This document shows positions 18,747 through 27,904 of a stretch of DNA of 64,000 nt, piece after piece. This DNA comes from Dehalococcoidia bacterium (lineage in GTDB: Bacteria > Chloroflexota > Dehalococcoidia > DSTF01 > RBG-16-68-14). The position numbers and the translations under genes were made by a program. Location: NCBI GenBank assembly GCA_040882355.1, contig JBBEBM010000047.1, forward strand, positions 1-64,000. The letters are read 5' to 3'. Numbering within the stretch: the stretch's first letter is position 1; each line of letters begins with the position of its first letter. The notes under the pieces were generated by a model. That model was given only the letters and a program-made list of their open reading frames with translations, was not told the DNA's origin and made no database searches.

Positions 18747-21700
18747 CGAGGCTGCTCGGCGCCGACCGGCGGCGGTTCGCGGTACCACCAGGCAATCGCC
18801 GCCTGCTGCCACTCGGTCCAACGGTCGCGACCTAGCAGGATCGCCGTGCCCGCAGCCATCACGGCGATGCCCGCGATCGCGAGGATGGCCCAGGTGGGAA
18901 TCGGAGGCACGCCGGCCTCGATCAGGTAGTGCACGGAGTCGAGGACGACGAAGCCTACCGAGACGCCGAGCAACCAGACTCGCCGCTGGACGAGCGCCAG
19001 CGCAACCAAGGCCAGCCCCTCCGCGAGCACGATCACGCCGTAACGCCACGCTCCCTCGTCGAACGACTGCACAAGGCTCGGTCCTACGATCAGCGCGGCA
19101 CTCAGGGCCTCGATCGGGCCGAGCAGCTCGCGCAGGTCGCGCGGCAGATCGCGCACGCGGAGGCCGAGCAACGCGCCCGCGAGCAGGTAGACGCCGAGCG
19201 GCGCGGTGTACGCCTGGACGTTCTCTGGGCGGAAGTGGCCGACCTCCAGCAGCAGCGCGACCATCAGCAGGGCGGACGCCCCAACCGCGATCTCTGGCCG
19301 TCGCCTGAGCCAGGCCTCCGCCCCAACGAGCAGGCCGAGGAGCGCGACCCCCGCGGCGCTTGTCTGGTACAGCGCCGTCGCCTCGAACGACTGGGTGCCG
19401 ACGAAGCCCTCCGGGTCGGCGAGCTGGCTGAGGCGGACCCAGCCGACGATGGGCGCGAGCGCGGCGTAGCCGAACGCCAGCGCAAGCAGCACGTCCGCCC
19501 AGCGTCTCTCCTGCTCGCGCAGCGCGGCGTACGTCGCGTAGAGCGTCCATGCGATGAAAGCGATGATCAGCGGAAGATAGGCGTCGTCGGGCGTGTAGTA
19601 GCGCCACGCGGCGAGGAGCGCGAAGAAGCCGTAGGTGGCAGGTAGGACGAGCGCGAACGCCTCCAGCTCCCACAGCGCGATCGCGAAGGCGATGCCGCCG
19701 TAAATCGCGAGCAGAAGCGCAACTCGGCCCTCTGCCTCGGTTGATGAGAGGAGGACGAAGAGGCTGAGCCCGATCGCGACCGCGTAAGCGTGCAGGCGCA
19801 TCTCCGGCCACAACCAGCGCATCGCCACGGCGACGGCGATGACGCCGAGCGAGAGGTAGAAGAACGGCAGCCCGAGGTCGGACGCCTCCGCACCCTCCGC
19901 CGCGGGCAGGCTCGCCAGCACGTAGTAGTAGCCCAGGGCGAGCGTGAGCCCGGTGGCGTAGATGAAAGTCGCGGCCGCTGGCACGGTCAGCATCGTCGGC
20001 TGCGCATCTTCCGCGTCGTCAGCAGACGATGCTTCGAGCGGGAACAGCTCGATCTTGCCGGGCACGACGCGGGCTGCGGCCAGGTAGAAGAGCGCGGCGG
20101 AGAAATTGATGCCCGCACCGATGCGAGGGTAATCGGTGTAGAGGTCGGCAAGAACCAGCCAGGAAGCGGTAATCGTCACCAGCGCCAGCCAGCCGAGGTA
20201 GCGCTGGCCCGACCAACGAGGCCCGAAGCCGGGACTGCCCGCCGCGTAGAGCCAGCCGATGATCGCGATCGCTACGCCGTACCACGGCGTGCCGGCCTCG
20301 AGGCCGAAGAGGACGCTCACGCCCGCCGCGCCGCTCACGACCAGGGCCGCGATGGTGAAGACGAAGTCGGCCTCACGCGGGAGGACGGCCGGGCGCGGCG
20401 GCGCTGTGGCCGTTACCCAATAGAATGCGGCAGCCAGCCCGAGCGTTGGCGGCAGATACCAGCGGGTCCTCAGCTCGAGCACCTCCTCGCTGCTTTGTCC
20501 CGAGGCGACGGCAGCCACATACACGGCTACCATGGCGGCGACCGCAACGATGATGTGTGAGGCCAGGCCGCCCACTGGCGCGAAAACTTCGCTGGCGCGT
20601 CCGAGGCGCATCGTGGCCGGCGCGACAAGCAGGAAGCCGAGCACGATGTAGCTGGCCGGATGCACCTCGACCGGGGCGTTGCTCGCGTAGAGGATAGCTG
20701 CGACGACGCCGAGCAGCGAGACGGCTGCGGCGGGCGGGGACCAGCGGCCAATGCCGGTGAAGGACACGGTAGCGTAGAAGGTGGCAGCAAGGCCGAGCGT
20801 GGGCGGGAGGTACCATCGCGTCGTGAGCTCCAGTGCCTCCTCGGCGGACTCACCAGAGGCGACCGCGGCGATACAGATGGCGGCGAGGAAGCCGGCGGGG
20901 ACGATCGCCTGCGCGGCGACGGCCCCGGTCGGACCGAAAACTTCGCTGGCGCGTCGGAGGCGCATCGTGGCCGGCGCGAGGAGCACGAATGCCAGCCCGA
21001 TGTAGCTGGCGGGGTAGGCCTCGGGCGGTGCGTCCGTCAGATAGAGGACGGAGGCGAGCGCGCTGAGCAGCGCGACGACGGCCGGCACCGGGTACCAGCG
21101 GCTCAGGCCCGTGAACGAGACCGCCCCGTAGAAGATGGCGCTGGTCAGCGACCCGGCAAGCCAGAGGCCCGCGGGATCGATGTCGTTCTCGCTGAAGAAG
21201 AAGGCGTAAGCGCCGACGAAGTTGAGCGGCACCATGAGCGCGCCGACGGCGAAGAACACCACGCCCGCCTCCTGGACGCGCGGGATGCGGTGGCAGAAGA
21301 GCCCGCCCGCGAGGAATAGCAACGTGCCGATGACGAGCAGCGCCATCCTGATGCCGGGACCCACCGCGTCGCCGGAAGCGCTGACGAAAACGATCGTCGC
21401 GATGACGATGAGGAACGCGCCGAGGTAGAGGAGGAGGTTCGCCTGCTGCTCGGCCAGCCAGCCGGGGCCCTCGCTCACCGGCCGCGGCGGACCTGATGGC
21501 TGTGCGGGCGCTGGCGGCATGGCCGTCGTGGCAGTGGGAGCGGGCGCTGGCACCGGCGGCGTGGGCGTGAGGCGCGGCGCTGGAGCGGTGGCGGCTGGTT
21601 GGCGAAGTGGTTGTGCCGCCGGAGGCTCCTGCCCCATGATCACCGCCAGGTAGCGCTGACGGAGGTAGGCGTAGGTGGCTTCTCCGAGCGACCCTTCCGC

Positions 21701-21862
21701 GCGAAGGGTCTCGAGCTCGTTGAGGAAGAACGCGGCGCCCTCGCGGCGCTGGCGCTCGCTCAGCGCGAGGGGACTGGCGCAGGCGCGGCAGAGCGCGGCA
21801 TCGCGCTCGTTCGTCGCGCCGCAGGTCAGGCAGTAGTGGGTCGACCGTGGCGTCTCCGCCAT
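18743..21862 (-). CDS. Large polytopic membrane protein with N-terminal Zn ribbon and internal duplication (DUF2157-like)
   Basis: CLTC..CRAC, Pro/Ala linker, NLLLYLGAFL, >25 hydrophobic segments. Confidence 0.8.
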   Translation of the reverse strand: MAETPRSTHYCLTCGATNERDAALCRACASPLALSERQRREGAAFFLNELETLRAEGSLGEATYAYLRQRYLAVIMGQEPPAAQPLRQPAATAPAPRLTPTPPVPAPAPTATTAMPPAPAQPSGPPRPVSEGPGWLAEQQANLLLYLGAFLIVIATIVFVSASGDAVGPGIRMALLVIGTLLFLAGGLFCHRIPRVQEAGVVFFAVGALMVPLNFVGAYAFFFSENDIDPAGLWLAGSLTSAIFYGAVSFTGLSRWYPVPAVVALLSALASVLYLTDAPPEAYPASYIGLAFVLLAPATMRLRRASEVFGPTGAVAAQAIVPAGFLAAICIAAVASGESAEEALELTTRWYLPPTLGLAATFYATVSFTGIGRWSPPAAAVSLLGVVAAILYASNAPVEVHPASYIVLGFLLVAPATMRLGRASEVFAPVGGLASHIIVAVAAMVAVYVAAVASGQSSEEVLELRTRWYLPPTLGLAAAFYWVTATAPPRPAVLPREADFVFTIAALVVSGAAGVSVLFGLEAGTPWYGVAIAIIGWLYAAGSPGFGPRWSGQRYLGWLALVTITASWLVLADLYTDYPRIGAGINFSAALFYLAAARVVPGKIELFPLEASSADDAEDAQPTMLTVPAAATFIYATGLTLALGYYYVLASLPAAEGAEASDLGLPFFYLSLGVIAVAVAMRWLWPEMRLHAYAVAIGLSLFVLLSSTEAEGRVALLLAIYGGIAFAIALWELEAFALVLPATYGFFALLAAWRYYTPDDAYLPLIIAFIAWTLYATYAALREQERRWADVLLALAFGYAALAPIVGWVRLSQLADPEGFVGTQSFEATALYQTSAAGVALLGLLVGAEAWLRRRPEIAVGASALLMVALLLEVGHFRPENVQAYTAPLGVYLLAGALLGLRVRDLPRDLRELLGPIEALSAALIVGPSLVQSFDEGAWRYGVIVLAEGLALVALALVQRRVWLLGVSVGFVVLDSVHYLIEAGVPPIPTWAILAIAGIAVMAAGTAILLGRDRWTEWQQAAIAWWYREPPPVGAEQPR

Positions 21863-21922
21863 CGGCTCACCTCCGCGAGTAGGTTAGCACGACGCGCGGG
21901 AGATGCCTATCGGGGAAATGCC

Positions 21923-23092
21923 CTACTCCCAGCGCCAGCCCAGGAGGCGTTGGGCGCCCTCTTGCAGGCGCTCGTCGGGCACGGTGAGCGAGAGGCGCAC
22001 GTAGCCTTCGCCGTGAAGCCCGTAGCCGACGCCGGGCGTGACGACGACGCCCGTGTCGTCGAGGAGGCGCGCAGCGAAGTCGATCGAGCCCACGCCTGCG
22101 GGCAGGCCCGCCCAGACGTAGAGGCTCGCCTTGGGCGGTGTGACGCGCAGGCCCATGCTGCGCACGGCGTCCACGAGCAGGTCGCGGCGGCGCTGGAAGA
22201 TGCGATTGTGCTCCAGAATGCAGTCCTGCGGGCCCTCCAGCGCAGCGATCGCCATGCGCTGGATCGGGTTCGGGATGCCGGAGTCGAGATTCGACTTGAC
22301 GCGGGTGAGGGCATCGATCATCTCGGCGTTGCCGACCGCCATGCCGATCCGCCAGCCGGTCATGTTGTAGCTTTTCGAGAGCGAGTGCATCTCGATGCCG
22401 ATGTCGCGCGCGCCCGCGGCCTCGAGGAAGCTGGACGGCACGTACTCGTCGTAGGCGACCTCGCTGTACGCCATGTCGTGCACGATCGGCACGTCGTGTT
22501 TGCGCGCGAAGGAGACGGCGCGCTCGAAGAAGTCGAGGTTGACGACGGCGGAGGTGGGATTGTTCGGGTAGTTCAGCCAGAGCAGCTTCGCTCGGTCCGC
22601 CACGTCGTTCGGGATCGTGTCGAGGTCGGCCACGAACTCGCGCTCTTCGCTCAGCGCCAGCTCGTAGACCTCGCCGCCCGCGAGCTGCGTGGCCACGGAG
22701 TAGACCGGGTAGCCGGGGTCGGGCACTAACGAGACGTCGCCCGGGTCGATGAAGCAGAGCGGGATGTGGCCGATGCCCTCCTTCGAGCCGATCAGCGGCA
22801 CGATCTCCTTGTCCGGGTCGAGGCTGACCCCGAAGCGCCGCTCGTACCAGTCCGCCATCGCCTTGCGCAGCTCCGGCAGGCCGTCGGTCTCCGGGTAGTG
22901 GTGGTTGGCGGGGTCACGCGACGCCTCGACCAGCGCATCGATAATGTGGGGCGGCGTCGGCAGATCGGGGTCGCCCACGCCGAACGAGATGACGTCGACA
23001 CCTTCGGCGCGCTTCTGGGCGATGCGGCGCGAGATCTCGAAGAAGAGGTAGGGAGGCAGCTCCTGCACGCGGCGGGCGAAGTTCATCGCCAT
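21923..23092 (-). CDS. dapL: LL-diaminopimelate aminotransferase
   Basis: LPPYLF, GVGDPDLPTP, LIGSKEGI, NYPNNPT, HSLSKSYNMTGWRIG, KSNLDSG; co-located with dapF; alternative start 23086. Confidence 0.88.
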   Translation of the reverse strand: MAMNFARRVQELPPYLFFEISRRIAQKRAEGVDVISFGVGDPDLPTPPHIIDALVEASRDPANHHYPETDGLPELRKAMADWYERRFGVSLDPDKEIVPLIGSKEGIGHIPLCFIDPGDVSLVPDPGYPVYSVATQLAGGEVYELALSEEREFVADLDTIPNDVADRAKLLWLNYPNNPTSAVVNLDFFERAVSFARKHDVPIVHDMAYSEVAYDEYVPSSFLEAAGARDIGIEMHSLSKSYNMTGWRIGMAVGNAEMIDALTRVKSNLDSGIPNPIQRMAIAALEGPQDCILEHNRIFQRRRDLLVDAVRSMGLRVTPPKASLYVWAGLPAGVGSIDFAARLLDDTGVVVTPGVGYGLHGEGYVRLSLTVPDERLQEGAQRLLGWRWE

Positions 23093-24003
23093 TTCCCGAA
23101 CTTGATCACGGAGCCGCGATGCTTGTCGAGCACCTGCTGTACCTCCTCCTCTGCGATGGGCCGCCGGTAGTCGACGCCGATCTGGCCCGTGGTGAAGCCG
23201 AGTTTTCGGTAGAGCGCGATGGCCGCGCCGTTGTCAGTGTTCACGGTGAGCGTCGCGCGGCGCAGGCCCTGCTCGCGGAATCGAGCGAGCACCCAACGTA
23301 GCATCGCCTCGCCGAGGCCGCGCCGCTGGTAGTGCGGATGAACGGCGATCGCGCCAATGTGGCCCGTCGAGCGCGTCCGCGGCTCGGCGAGCAGCGACCC
23401 GGCGAGCGTGCCCGTCGCTAGCTCCTCGAGCACGCGATAGAGGGCCGGGGACCGGAGTGTGTCCTGGACCGCCTCGACAGTCATCGAGGGGTCGGGGAAG
23501 GCCAGCTCCTCCAACTGAACGATCTCCCCGGCGTCCTGCGCACGGACCTCACGGAGCACGAAGCCCGGGGCGATCTCGTCCGCGGAAGGCCTATTGTCCG
23601 GCAGCTCGATCAGCTCCATCTCGAGCCACTCTCGGCTCAGCTCGAAGGCCAGGGCGATGAGCACCGGCTCGATGTAGGGCAGGCTGGGCCGGTCCACGAG
23701 GCGGAGCCGGAAGCCGAGCGGCGCGTCGCTCTCGCCGGCGGCAGAGGCCAGGCGACCGAACAGCTCCGGGAACTGGCGGGCAAAGGCGTCCCTCTCGGGG
23801 AAGGCGTAGTGCACGTCGATGCGCTGCCAGCGAGGCTGCCCGATGAGCACCGCCTCGCCCTCTTCGACGATCAGCTCGGGGCGCTCGCGTTCCAGAATGC
23901 GGAAGGCCTCCTCCGACAGCGTCACGGAGCGGAGGGTGCCGCGCTGGGCCTTGACGAAAGGGTCCTGCGTTGCCTGCGGCGCCAGGCGCTTGAGTTCTTT
24001 CAT
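23083..24003 (-). CDS. GNAT acetyltransferase with N-terminal extra domain
   Basis: IAVHPHYQRRGLGEAML, NGAAIALYRKLGF. Confidence 0.85.
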   Translation of the reverse strand: MKELKRLAPQATQDPFVKAQRGTLRSVTLSEEAFRILERERPELIVEEGEAVLIGQPRWQRIDVHYAFPERDAFARQFPELFGRLASAAGESDAPLGFRLRLVDRPSLPYIEPVLIALAFELSREWLEMELIELPDNRPSADEIAPGFVLREVRAQDAGEIVQLEELAFPDPSMTVEAVQDTLRSPALYRVLEELATGTLAGSLLAEPRTRSTGHIGAIAVHPHYQRRGLGEAMLRWVLARFREQGLRRATLTVNTDNGAAIALYRKLGFTTGQIGVDYRRPIAEEEVQQVLDKHRGSVIKFGKWR

Positions 24004-24045
24004 GTCACCAGGGTCATGGTTCAGGCTTCGAAGGTCAAGCGAGGC

Positions 24046-24870
24046 TCACTCCGGCCAGTCGCCTTCGAAGACCTCAGCAGCGGGGCCGGTCAGGTAGACG
24101 TCGCCTGAGCCGTCCCACTCGAGCTTGAGCAGGCCGCCTGGCAGCAGCAGCTCGACCTTCTCGTCGACGAGGCCGTGGAGGCGGGCGGCGACCGCGACGG
24201 CGGACGCCCCGGTGCCGCAGGCAAGCGTGATGCCCGCGCCCCGCTCCCAGACGCGCGCCTCGATCCGGTGGCGGGCGAGCACGCGCGCGACCTCGAAGTT
24301 GGCGCGGTCAGGGAACAGCGCGTGATGCTCCACCTTCGGGCCGATGGCCTCCAGCGGGAAGTCCGCCACGGGCGTATCGATGAAGTGGACGGCGTGCGGA
24401 TTGCCCATCGAAACGCAGGTGACGGGGTACGTCGTGCCGTCAACGTCGAGGGGCAGCTCCTTCACCGGCCCTTCGGCCTGCGCCGCGACGAGGCGCGGGC
24501 GGCCCATCGCGACGCGCACAGACTCGACGCGCTCGCCGACGAGTGTCGCCTCGGTCTTGAGCACGCCGGCGAGCGTCTCGACGGAGAGGGCGCCGTCGCT
24601 CAGTGCTGCGATCTCGCGCTCGACGGCGTACTTGACGAAGCAGCGGATGCCGTTACCGCACATCTCTGCCTCGGAGCCGTCAGGGTTGAACATGCGCATG
24701 CGCAGGTCAGCACGCTCGGAGAGCAGGACTGTGAGCAGGCCGTCCGCGCCGATGCCGAAGTGGCGGTCGCACATGGCGACGGTGAGCTTCGCCCAGTCGC
24801 GTTCGGAGTCGCGCGCGTCGATGACGACGAAGTCGTTGCCGGTGCCGTGCATCTTGGTGAAACGCATCAT
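24046..24870 (-). CDS. dapF: Diaminopimelate epimerase
   Basis: FTKMHGTGNDF, AEMCGNGIRC, SMGNPH, ERGAGITLACGTG. Confidence 0.97.
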   Translation of the reverse strand: MMRFTKMHGTGNDFVVIDARDSERDWAKLTVAMCDRHFGIGADGLLTVLLSERADLRMRMFNPDGSEAEMCGNGIRCFVKYAVEREIAALSDGALSVETLAGVLKTEATLVGERVESVRVAMGRPRLVAAQAEGPVKELPLDVDGTTYPVTCVSMGNPHAVHFIDTPVADFPLEAIGPKVEHHALFPDRANFEVARVLARHRIEARVWERGAGITLACGTGASAVAVAARLHGLVDEKVELLLPGGLLKLEWDGSGDVYLTGPAAEVFEGDWPE

Positions 24871-25367
24871 GAACCCTGTGTGGCGCGCATCCAGTCACGC
24901 GTGATAGCGATGTGACCCAGGTGCCCGGAGCCGTGCCCGATTACCTGGAGGATCGCGTCGCGTGCGGTCACAGGCTGCGCCGACCTGCCACCCCAAAGCG
25001 ACGATAGCGATGCAGAGGCGGGCCTGCGAGTCAGATCGAGATCGCCCGAAGGGAGCGCCTCGAACGCCTGCTTGAAGCGGCGGGCCAGGTCATGGGCGTT
25101 CGCGACGATGGCGGACGGGTCTGGGCCGGTGGCAAGAAACTCGGCCGGCCGGTCCCGCTCCATCGGCTGCTCGCAAGCGATGCCAAGCACCCAGGCCTCC
25201 GCGTTGCCCAGGATGTGTGTTGCGAGGACGTAGATGCTGTTCGTATCTGGAGCGGGCGGCCGCCAATTGAGTTGCGCCTCGTCCAGACCCTCGACGGCGG
25301 CGCAGACGCGATCGAGGACATGCTCGATCTGGAAGGCAAGGGATGTCAGTTCGCTGCTTTCGGTCAT
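24867..25367 (-). CDS. DinB family (DUF664-like) protein, copy 2
   Basis: QLNWRP, NSIYVLATH, RDRPAEF, HGSGHLGH. Confidence 0.85.
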   Translation of the reverse strand: MTESSELTSLAFQIEHVLDRVCAAVEGLDEAQLNWRPPAPDTNSIYVLATHILGNAEAWVLGIACEQPMERDRPAEFLATGPDPSAIVANAHDLARRFKQAFEALPSGDLDLTRRPASASLSSLWGGRSAQPVTARDAILQVIGHGSGHLGHIAITRDWMRATQGS

Positions 25368-25371
25368 GGAT

Positions 25372-25857
25372 TCAGCCCTGTGTTGCTCGCATCCAGTCGC
25401 GCGTGACGCCAATGTGGCCGAGGTGCTCGTTCGCGTGCTCGATCACGTGGAAGAAGGCCTCGCGTACGGTGACGGGCTTGGGCGTGCCGGCGCCCCAAAG
25501 CGGAGCGGGCGGATCGCGCGTCTCCTCCAGCTCGGCCGGTCGCAGCTCACCGAGCGCATCCTCGAAGCGCCGGCCCAGCTCGCGAGCTTTCGCGACGATC
25601 GCCGACGCATCGGGCGCCGCTGAGCGGAACTCCGCGCCGCGGTCGCGCTCGACCGGCAGCTCGCAGGCGATGCCGAGCACCCAGGCCTCGGCGTTGCCCA
25701 GAATGTGCGTCGCGAGGACGTAGATGCTGTTCGTGCCGCCGGCGGGCGGGCGCCAGTTGAGCTGCGATTCGCTCAGCCCATCGACGGCGCGACAGACCTC
25801 ATCGAGGACGCGCTGCAGGCGGGCGAGGATGGTCGGGAGTTCAGCGGTCTCGGTCAT
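25372..25857 (-). CDS. DinB family (DUF664-like) protein, copy 1
   Basis: QLNWRP, NSIYVLATH, RDRGAEF, HANEHLGH. Confidence 0.85.
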   Translation of the reverse strand: MTETAELPTILARLQRVLDEVCRAVDGLSESQLNWRPPAGGTNSIYVLATHILGNAEAWVLGIACELPVERDRGAEFRSAAPDASAIVAKARELGRRFEDALGELRPAELEETRDPPAPLWGAGTPKPVTVREAFFHVIEHANEHLGHIGVTRDWMRATQG

Positions 25858-26791
25858 CGGAACGATCTGATTCTACAACACGGAGCGCCTCTCCCACCGG
25901 ATCGCCTGCGGTGACGTCGAGCCAGTGAATGCGCGGGTCGTCCGCGCGGAACCAGTTGGCCTGCATGCGGGCCAGTCGATGCGTCTCCGTCTTGATGCGG
26001 GCCGTCATCTCCTCTAGCGATAGCTCGCCGGCGAGGTGCTGGCAGGCCTGCCGGTAGCCGATGCTCGACATCGCCGGCAGATCGCAGCCGTAGCCCCGAT
26101 CGATCATACCGCGCACTTCGTCGACAAGGCCCGCCTCGATCATCGCGTCGACGCGGGTGTCGATGCGGCGATAGAGCTCGTCGCGTGGGCAGGCGAGGCC
26201 GATGACTGTGAAAGAGAAGTCGGGCGGCGTGCGCGTCTGGCACGACGAGAGCGGGCGGCCGGTGCGCCGGTAAACCTCGAGCGCGCGCATCACCCGACGC
26301 GTGTTCCGCAGGTCGATGCGTTCGGCATATGCGGGGTCGACGCGGCGCAGCTCATCGACGAGCGGCCCCGCCCCTTCGCGCGCGACGAGCGCCTCCAGTT
26401 CCGCGCGCAGCGACGGGTCGGGCGGCACACGTGGCACCTGCCAGCCTTCGAGCAGCGCCCAGGCGTACTGGCCGGTGCCGCCGACAAGGAACGGCAGAAC
26501 ACGACGCGACCAGCAGCCTTCGAACGCCTCGCGCGCCAGGTCGAGGTAGCGGCCGAGGCTGAACGGCTCGTCCGGCTCCGCGAGGTCGATGAGGTGGTGC
26601 GGGACGCGAGCGCGCTCTTCGGGCGACGGCTTCGCGGTGCCGATGTCCATGCCGCGATAGACGAGGCGCGAGTCGGCGTTGACGATCTCGCCCCTGAGCC
26701 GCTCGGCGAGCGCCAGGGCGAGCGCCGACTTGCCGGACGCGGTCGCCCCGACGATGGCGATGAGGCGGCGGGGCGAGGAGAGATCGGACAT
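25841..26791 (-). CDS. miaA: tRNA (adenosine(37)-N6)-dimethylallyltransferase
   Basis: GATASGKS, NADSRLVYRGMDIGTAKP, PHHLID, VGGTGQY, SIGYRQ. Confidence 0.96.
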   Translation of the reverse strand: MSDLSSPRRLIAIVGATASGKSALALALAERLRGEIVNADSRLVYRGMDIGTAKPSPEERARVPHHLIDLAEPDEPFSLGRYLDLAREAFEGCWSRRVLPFLVGGTGQYAWALLEGWQVPRVPPDPSLRAELEALVAREGAGPLVDELRRVDPAYAERIDLRNTRRVMRALEVYRRTGRPLSSCQTRTPPDFSFTVIGLACPRDELYRRIDTRVDAMIEAGLVDEVRGMIDRGYGCDLPAMSSIGYRQACQHLAGELSLEEMTARIKTETHRLARMQANWFRADDPRIHWLDVTAGDPVGEALRVVESDRSDDRDR

Positions 26792-26812
26792 GACATAACC
26801 CACTCTTTGCCG

Positions 26813-26885
26813 GACAGGCTTCAGCCTGTCGGAGGGCGGGGCTGCCTAAAGATACCGCAGCCCGAGGCTGGAAAGCCTCGGCTAC
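26813..26885. repeat. REP-like palindrome doublet (GTAG type)
   Basis: GACAGGCT-TC-AGCCTGTC and CCGAGGCT-GGAA-AGCCTCGG-CTAC (GTAG on minus strand). Confidence 0.6.
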
Positions 26886-26899
26886 GTGTTGCTCATATG

Positions 26900-26952
26900 G
26901 TCTGCGGGTTGTCGCCGGAGGCGACTCGCCTGGGCGAGAAACCCTCAGCTTC
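26900..26952 (+). repeat. Palindromic repeat interrupted by a 27-nt insert (26912-26938)
   Basis: Flanks rejoin to a 26-mer matching 44304-44329 at 23/26 positions. Confidence 0.75.
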
Positions 26953-26986
26953 AACCTAGAGGGGATTGAACGGAACGAGCCGACCG

Positions 26987-27793
26987 TTACTCGCCGATCA
27001 AGCCGATGTACCGTTCAGCGGAGCGTTCGACGGCTTCGCCGGCGCCCGAGTCGATCAACGTATGCCACCAGCCGCCGTAGAGGCGGTCGAACGGGTAGGG
27101 CTCGATCGCGGCAACGATGGTGTCGATCGTGGCAGCTGGCAGCGGCAGCATGTTGGGGTAGCTCCACATGAAGCTGACGAACCGCCGGTCCTGCACGACC
27201 TGGATGCTGTCGCCCGTAAGCAGGGCGCCGCGACCTTCCGCGCCGGCGGCCCAGTGGATGACGGTGCTGCCTTCGAAGTGGCCGCCCGTCTGGATCAGCG
27301 TCACGCCGGGCACCAACTCGACCACGCCCTCGAAGTGACGCACCGCCGGGTCGGGTCTCGTGATCCATTCCGCGTCAGCCTCCGGGATGTGGACCGGCGC
27401 ATCGAAGGCGCGCGCCCACTCAATCATCGCGCCGTAGAAGTGCGGGTGCGACACCGCGATCGCGGCGATGCCGCCGAGCGCGCGCACCTGAGCGATCGCC
27501 TCGTTGTCGATGTAGCCGATGCAGTCCCAGAGCACGTTGCCCTGCGGCGTCTGCACCAGCAGCCCGCGCTGCCCGATGCCGAGGAACGGCTCGATGCCGA
27601 TGCCGGTCAGGCCGGGCTCGTGGTCGCGCAGGGCGTTCTTGTAGCCCTGCGCCTTCAACTCGGCAAGCGTCGTCCACTGCTGGCCGGCCCAGTTGACGTA
27701 CTGGCGCTCGTCCTCGCAGATGATGCAGCGCTCCGGCGGCTGCTCGCTCGGGGCGTACTGGACGGCGCAGGTGCGGCAGATGTAGGCGTCCAC
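26987..27793 (-). CDS. MBL-fold metallo-hydrolase with N-terminal Cys cluster
   Basis: CRTC..CIICEDERQYV, IGQR, LWDC, SHPHFY, GGHFEG, FMWSYPN. Confidence 0.88.
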   Translation of the reverse strand: MDAYICRTCAVQYAPSEQPPERCIICEDERQYVNWAGQQWTTLAELKAQGYKNALRDHEPGLTGIGIEPFLGIGQRGLLVQTPQGNVLWDCIGYIDNEAIAQVRALGGIAAIAVSHPHFYGAMIEWARAFDAPVHIPEADAEWITRPDPAVRHFEGVVELVPGVTLIQTGGHFEGSTVIHWAAGAEGRGALLTGDSIQVVQDRRFVSFMWSYPNMLPLPAATIDTIVAAIEPYPFDRLYGGWWHTLIDSGAGEAVERSAERYIGLIGE

Positions 27794-27794
27794 G

Positions 27795-27899
27795 CTTTGT
27801 CACCCTGAGCGAAGCGAAGGGTCTTGCCTCGCCCCTAGCACCGACGGATGCTCCGCGGAGTCTATCCTGAGCGACAGTGAAGGGCTCAGCATGACAAAG
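27795..27899. repeat. Composite inverted-repeat element (TGTCA..CTGAGCGAAGCGAAGG ... GCTCAG..TGACA) with nested internal copy
   Basis: Arms CTTTGTCACCCTGAGC / GCTCAGCATGACAAAG; internal CCTGAGCGACAGTGAAGGG; related half copy at 45067-45102. Confidence 0.75.
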
Positions 27900-27904
27900 G
27901 CGAT

